From Trichoplax adhaerens (Eukaryota > Animalia > Placozoa), in assembly GCF_000150275.1 (NCBI RefSeq), contig NW_002060951.1, forward strand, positions 2,724,580 through 2,788,579: a stretch of DNA of 64,000 bases, read 5' to 3'. The notes under the pieces are model-generated. The model searched no databases, was not told where the DNA came from, and was given only the letters and a program-made list of their open reading frames with translations. The position numbers were made by a program, and so were the translations under genes. Numbering within the stretch: the first letter of the stretch is position 1; each line of letters opens with the position of its first letter. Below are positions 59,661 through 64,000 of the stretch, one piece after another.

Positions 59661-61617
59661 AAATATTCTTGCATTAATATATTTTATGCTAATGTAAAAT
59701 AGACGATTAGCCTATGTCTTCGATAGATATTAATTATGATCATCGATAGATCTCGATCGTCCTTAACGTTATAGCAATTGTTTTTATTTGTTGCAGTATT
59801 TCTGAAGTCAGGTAAAAAATTATGTATACATCATATCCATCCCTACTTAACTCAAATTTTCTCCTTACCTTCAGTCATAAAACTCAATTTCTATATTGAG
59901 TACAGTACTATACGCGTATAACCTCACTATGAATTTGGTGTACTAAGACATGTACTTCTCTGTTGAAATAGCTTATTTTAATAGTCCTTGTTTTAAATTG
60001 TTAGACAATCAACGGCATGTCATGTCATTTAACTATCAAATGTTTGTGTGCATTGTTGTATTGCGGTCCAATTCACTTCAGCTATTAAATTAATTTATGC
60101 TGCAAACTATCCCTTAAGTTGACGTTTACTTTATGTGTTGATAGGTGGAGGTCAAACTTGATACTACTGTATTAACGTATCAGAAGCTCGTTCTGATTTA
60201 ATTTTTAAGGATTAGATTTTGGCTTTTAATTAATCCGTTACAATTATTTTCATTGTTATAATTTATTTTCATATTATTTTAAATTAGCAGGCAAATAATA
60301 TTCTTTAGTCAATCCTTATTTAAATTTTTTCTCTTTGTATTAATAGAATAAGTTTTCTAAATAAGCTAAATTTTATAATATTTATTTGGATTCTCCTACT
60401 CTATTTAATTTCAAGTAAGATTAATCTGAAGGAGGTAGTGTAGATCGTGTAGTCAGTTTACGCGTATAATGCTATATTTTACCAAATGTTTATAGTTTGA
60501 TCTTTCGATAATTACTTTAGATTTATCATATTTCTTGAGCAGTTCGTCCCTAAAATGTTTCGTGATTAGAGTAGTACAGTATTTCATACAATTCCTACTA
60601 CCTACATTACTTGAAAATTATCGTATCATTTATTATCTATCACGGTGTTATATTGTTTTTTGAAGGACCATAATTTAATTTGCAACGTTATCGTAATCAT
60701 AGAAAAGAACAATTTTTCACCGTTGCAATAGTATAGGAAGGGAAAACATACAGTCCTTTAAAAATCGATACCAACTAAGAAGAGGACTAATTGAAGATTT
60801 TTGCGTATCTTCTAGCTTATTATTTAGAATTTTGTGAAGTTATCAACTTTGCAGTTTGTATTTACTGTTAGTACGAATTACTTATAATTACAATTGGATG
60901 AATTTTCCGTGTCCTTGCACGACTGTTTACCTAACTGGCTAGTTTATCATTTATACATATCAGATAAGACACGGAAGTAATGGCGCAATCGCAACTGAAA
61001 ATCTTGTTGATTAGATGATTGTAATGGAATCTGGATTGCAGATTTCGTATAGCGGTAGAGAACGAAAATGAATATGAAATAAGGCTGTTTTATACCTCTA
61101 AACTATCTGCTAATGTATTCCAAAGTAAACTATAATATTGGATGAAATGTAAGTGGCAATGATCGCAAGGCGGTAAAAACATTTATTTCATAGTTCGTTT
61201 ATGGACAACTGATCCGCGATGCAATTATACATCAACACAATTCAAAACGACAGTTAAATAAAAGAAGCTGCTTTGAAAAATTTATATTTATAATACTTTA
61301 CAGTATAATTACAACCAGCAAAAAAGAAATCAACTGAACATTTTATGAGATTTCATAGTTGCAACGTATTCATTTTACATGCCAGCAACCCTTTCTAGTT
61401 GTCACTACAGTAGGGTACACTGTAGCAATTGCCTGCTGAATGGTATATTCACCAAAATTGCGTAACACACTATATGGTAGATAACTTCACGAAAAATGCT
61501 AAATAGGTAACTGACAAGTTATAAAATTTTACTGTTTCGATATTGCGGTTACAATGTATGATACAGTACAAGAATATTTATTAGTGTTTTATTGTTATCA
61601 ATAGCTGATAGAATAAC

Positions 61618-63851
61618 CTAAGTTTTATCATTTAATCTTGTCAATGCCCTCGTTTTTGGGCGGGATGTAAGAGAGTTATTAGGATGGTTTACCTGTCGAT
61701 GGGCTTTCTTTTTCTTTGCCGAAGCTGGAGGCTTATTTTTCGTTTGCAATGCCAAGCCTTCGTTCGCGAAATTGAGATTATTTTCCTGTATGCGTAACGA
61801 CCTAATCATATCCATAGTTTTACTAAGAAGCCATTGCTTATCCTGAAAATTCAGTTAATATATTTCTAGATAAGTCTTACGTTTGTGACACATACTACGT
61901 AAATATTATTTCAAATAGTGCATACTGGTAGGTTGTTTAATAAAATCTCAAAGGCAGATCCAGTATCCTTGTCTAAGTTTTGAGATACTTTTGTAAGTTC
62001 TGTTGCTGTTGCTATGGGTACAGCTAGAGACATTCGCGGCTTCGTTTGCAGATTGCATATCGAAACAGCCATACCAACGGTTAACAAATCGTCAACAGCA
62101 TAATGCTATAAAATTGTGATTAGTTCATTGTCAGACCTTACTAACATCAGAGAATAAAGTTACTAGGTAAACGAAACCGTACCTACCTTCAACCCGTTGA
62201 CAAATCGTATGCAAAGGAGATTGCAGTCTTTATCAGCCAAATATACTGAATCTACTAATCTAAAATTTTGATAGTGTAATCAGGTTATCTTGAACTTCTA
62301 AATTAGGTGAAATAAAGCACTAAAAATGATTCTACCGAGTTAATGCTGATTCACAATTGAAATCTACATAGACTACAATCCCGACACAATCGAACTCATC
62401 AAAAGGCATTGAAGTAAATTTCGATTTGACATTACCAACTTGATAGACCTATTTCAAACATCAAGCGATAAATAATGCTTTATTGGTCTAGATTTATTTG
62501 GTTCTATTACATAAAATCATCTACCTGACGTTCGATGTAAAGACGTTCAATTGCAACTCGATAAGTTGTTATAGGAATAAATTTTGTTATACGAGTTGTA
62601 GAAAGCTGTCAATATACATCAAATCTAAGGGTTAATGCTTAACGACTGTTACCTTCAAATATATAAAATAAAATATGAATACGGATAGAAAGATACCTGA
62701 GCACTGCTGGATGTATTTTGAAATCTAGAAACTTAAAATGTTAGCTATCTGCGGTTTGAAAAATCATCAAATACTACGGAACAATAAAAAATTTTAAGTG
62801 ATACCTATTAGGAGATGCCGTAAGATGATAAATTCTCAGCAGGTTTCCTTCATTCAACATTTCTAGAATCTCATCGCTTGGTTTCCAAATAGTAAGAAAG
62901 CAATCTGGCATCCTTGATTTCTTGCGCTGATAATTGATAAGCCTAATCTTTTTTATAGGAGTGACGGCACTACTAGAAAACTTTAAATTGGTGAAACTAG
63001 TATCAATACAGTATAATTTTTCACAGCGGTAGTATATTTCAAAAACGACTGTATTTAATACTTTTTTAACATTGTCTTGTATCTTTCCTTGGATAACTGT
63101 TTGGATTTTTTCTACTTCAAAGCGATTTTGTGATAGCCGATAGTTCATCATATTTTGACGCTGTTTCTCATTAAGCTGTTTCTAAATTAAAATAATCGTG
63201 GTATATCTTTACTGAATATATATTGAAAATTCAATACAAAAGGAACTAACTAAAGTCTGGGTAAAATCCGCCAATACTACAAATGATATTAAGAAAGTTA
63301 TGATCTATACTTCAAAATTCGCAGGATCAGCAGCAACCCAGTATAGTTCGAAAAGTTTCTTTCCGTCTTCAATCGTTTCAATATTTTCGAAGGATTGCCT
63401 AGCCCTTTTCTTGTTTTGATCTGAGATAAAGTTACATACGTTATAATGCTTCGATTTCTCCGCAAATATACTATTACTGTATATCAAATCTTTGTGATAG
63501 AAATCACGATCAAAACTTATTGCCTCTATTGATGCTGAGTTCTAATTCCTTGAATGCCTCTAAGTATAGAGATTCAGCGAATTTTTCGCTCTTTTCGATT
63601 CTTGCTCTTGCTGCTCGATCCTCAGCACGTTCGCTATATACCCGAACGCAGTCATCGGTTTTTTCCATATATGTTAAGGGATAGCTACGCGCTACAACTA
63701 CATCCAGCCTGCCTACAAGTCCACCATCAGCATAAATGGTATCAATAGGAATAGGAAAAGCTCGAGAATGGCGTTGGTACCCCAACTTAGAATACCATTT
63801 TGCTCTTCTTGTCGAATTAGCAGAAAGACGCAACATTAGGGTATCGGGAGC
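61618..63851 (-). CDS. BRCA2: BRCA2 C-terminal DNA-binding domain (OB1 end, tower, OB2, OB3); the 5' part lies beyond the right edge
   Basis: MLRLSANSTRRAKWYSKLGY, DGGLVGRLDVVVARSYPLTYMEK, LTIWKPSDEILEMLNEGNLLRIYHL, EFDCVGIVVYV, VYLADKDCNLLCIRF. Confidence 0.93.
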
Positions 63852-64000
63852 CTAAAAGTAAATGTTACGAAATAGAACGATAAACTAATTCTCAACTCTG
63901 TGGTAATATACAAAGGAACAAGATTTTAAAAGAATAATGTAGAATCTTTGTTATGTTCAATTACGTTATATCACTAAAATTAATCGTATTTGGTATTTCG

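Overview
AT-rich, intron-dense eukaryotic DNA from a compact animal genome. Gene content, short introns and a NIT-domain guanylyl cyclase suggest a placozoan (Trichoplax-like); this is inference. I assembled 13 genes by reading exons: CLUH (partial), an intronless cytochrome-b5 desaturase, a PRD-class Q50 homeobox gene, RNFT1/2, ARPC3, CNTD1, SMIM14, SPRING1, an uncharacterised pseudo-TBC + C2-like gene, ARL6IP4, S6K, a NIT-guanylyl cyclase and BRCA2 (partial). A decayed tandem NIT-GC pseudogene, almost invisible in the ORF track, follows the intact cyclase. The most striking unexplained pattern is a 350-500 bp self-complementary (CAGTA)n/(TACTG)n array in all four head-to-head intergenic regions and in none of the other intergenic regions, a candidate bidirectional-promoter signature. 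Other points of interest are RNFT-SPRING1-S6K microsynteny, a His-for-Gln desaturase, ~30-bp hairpin micro-elements flanked by 8-bp direct repeats, and GC-AG introns. Exon coordinates were read by eye and may be off by a few bases.
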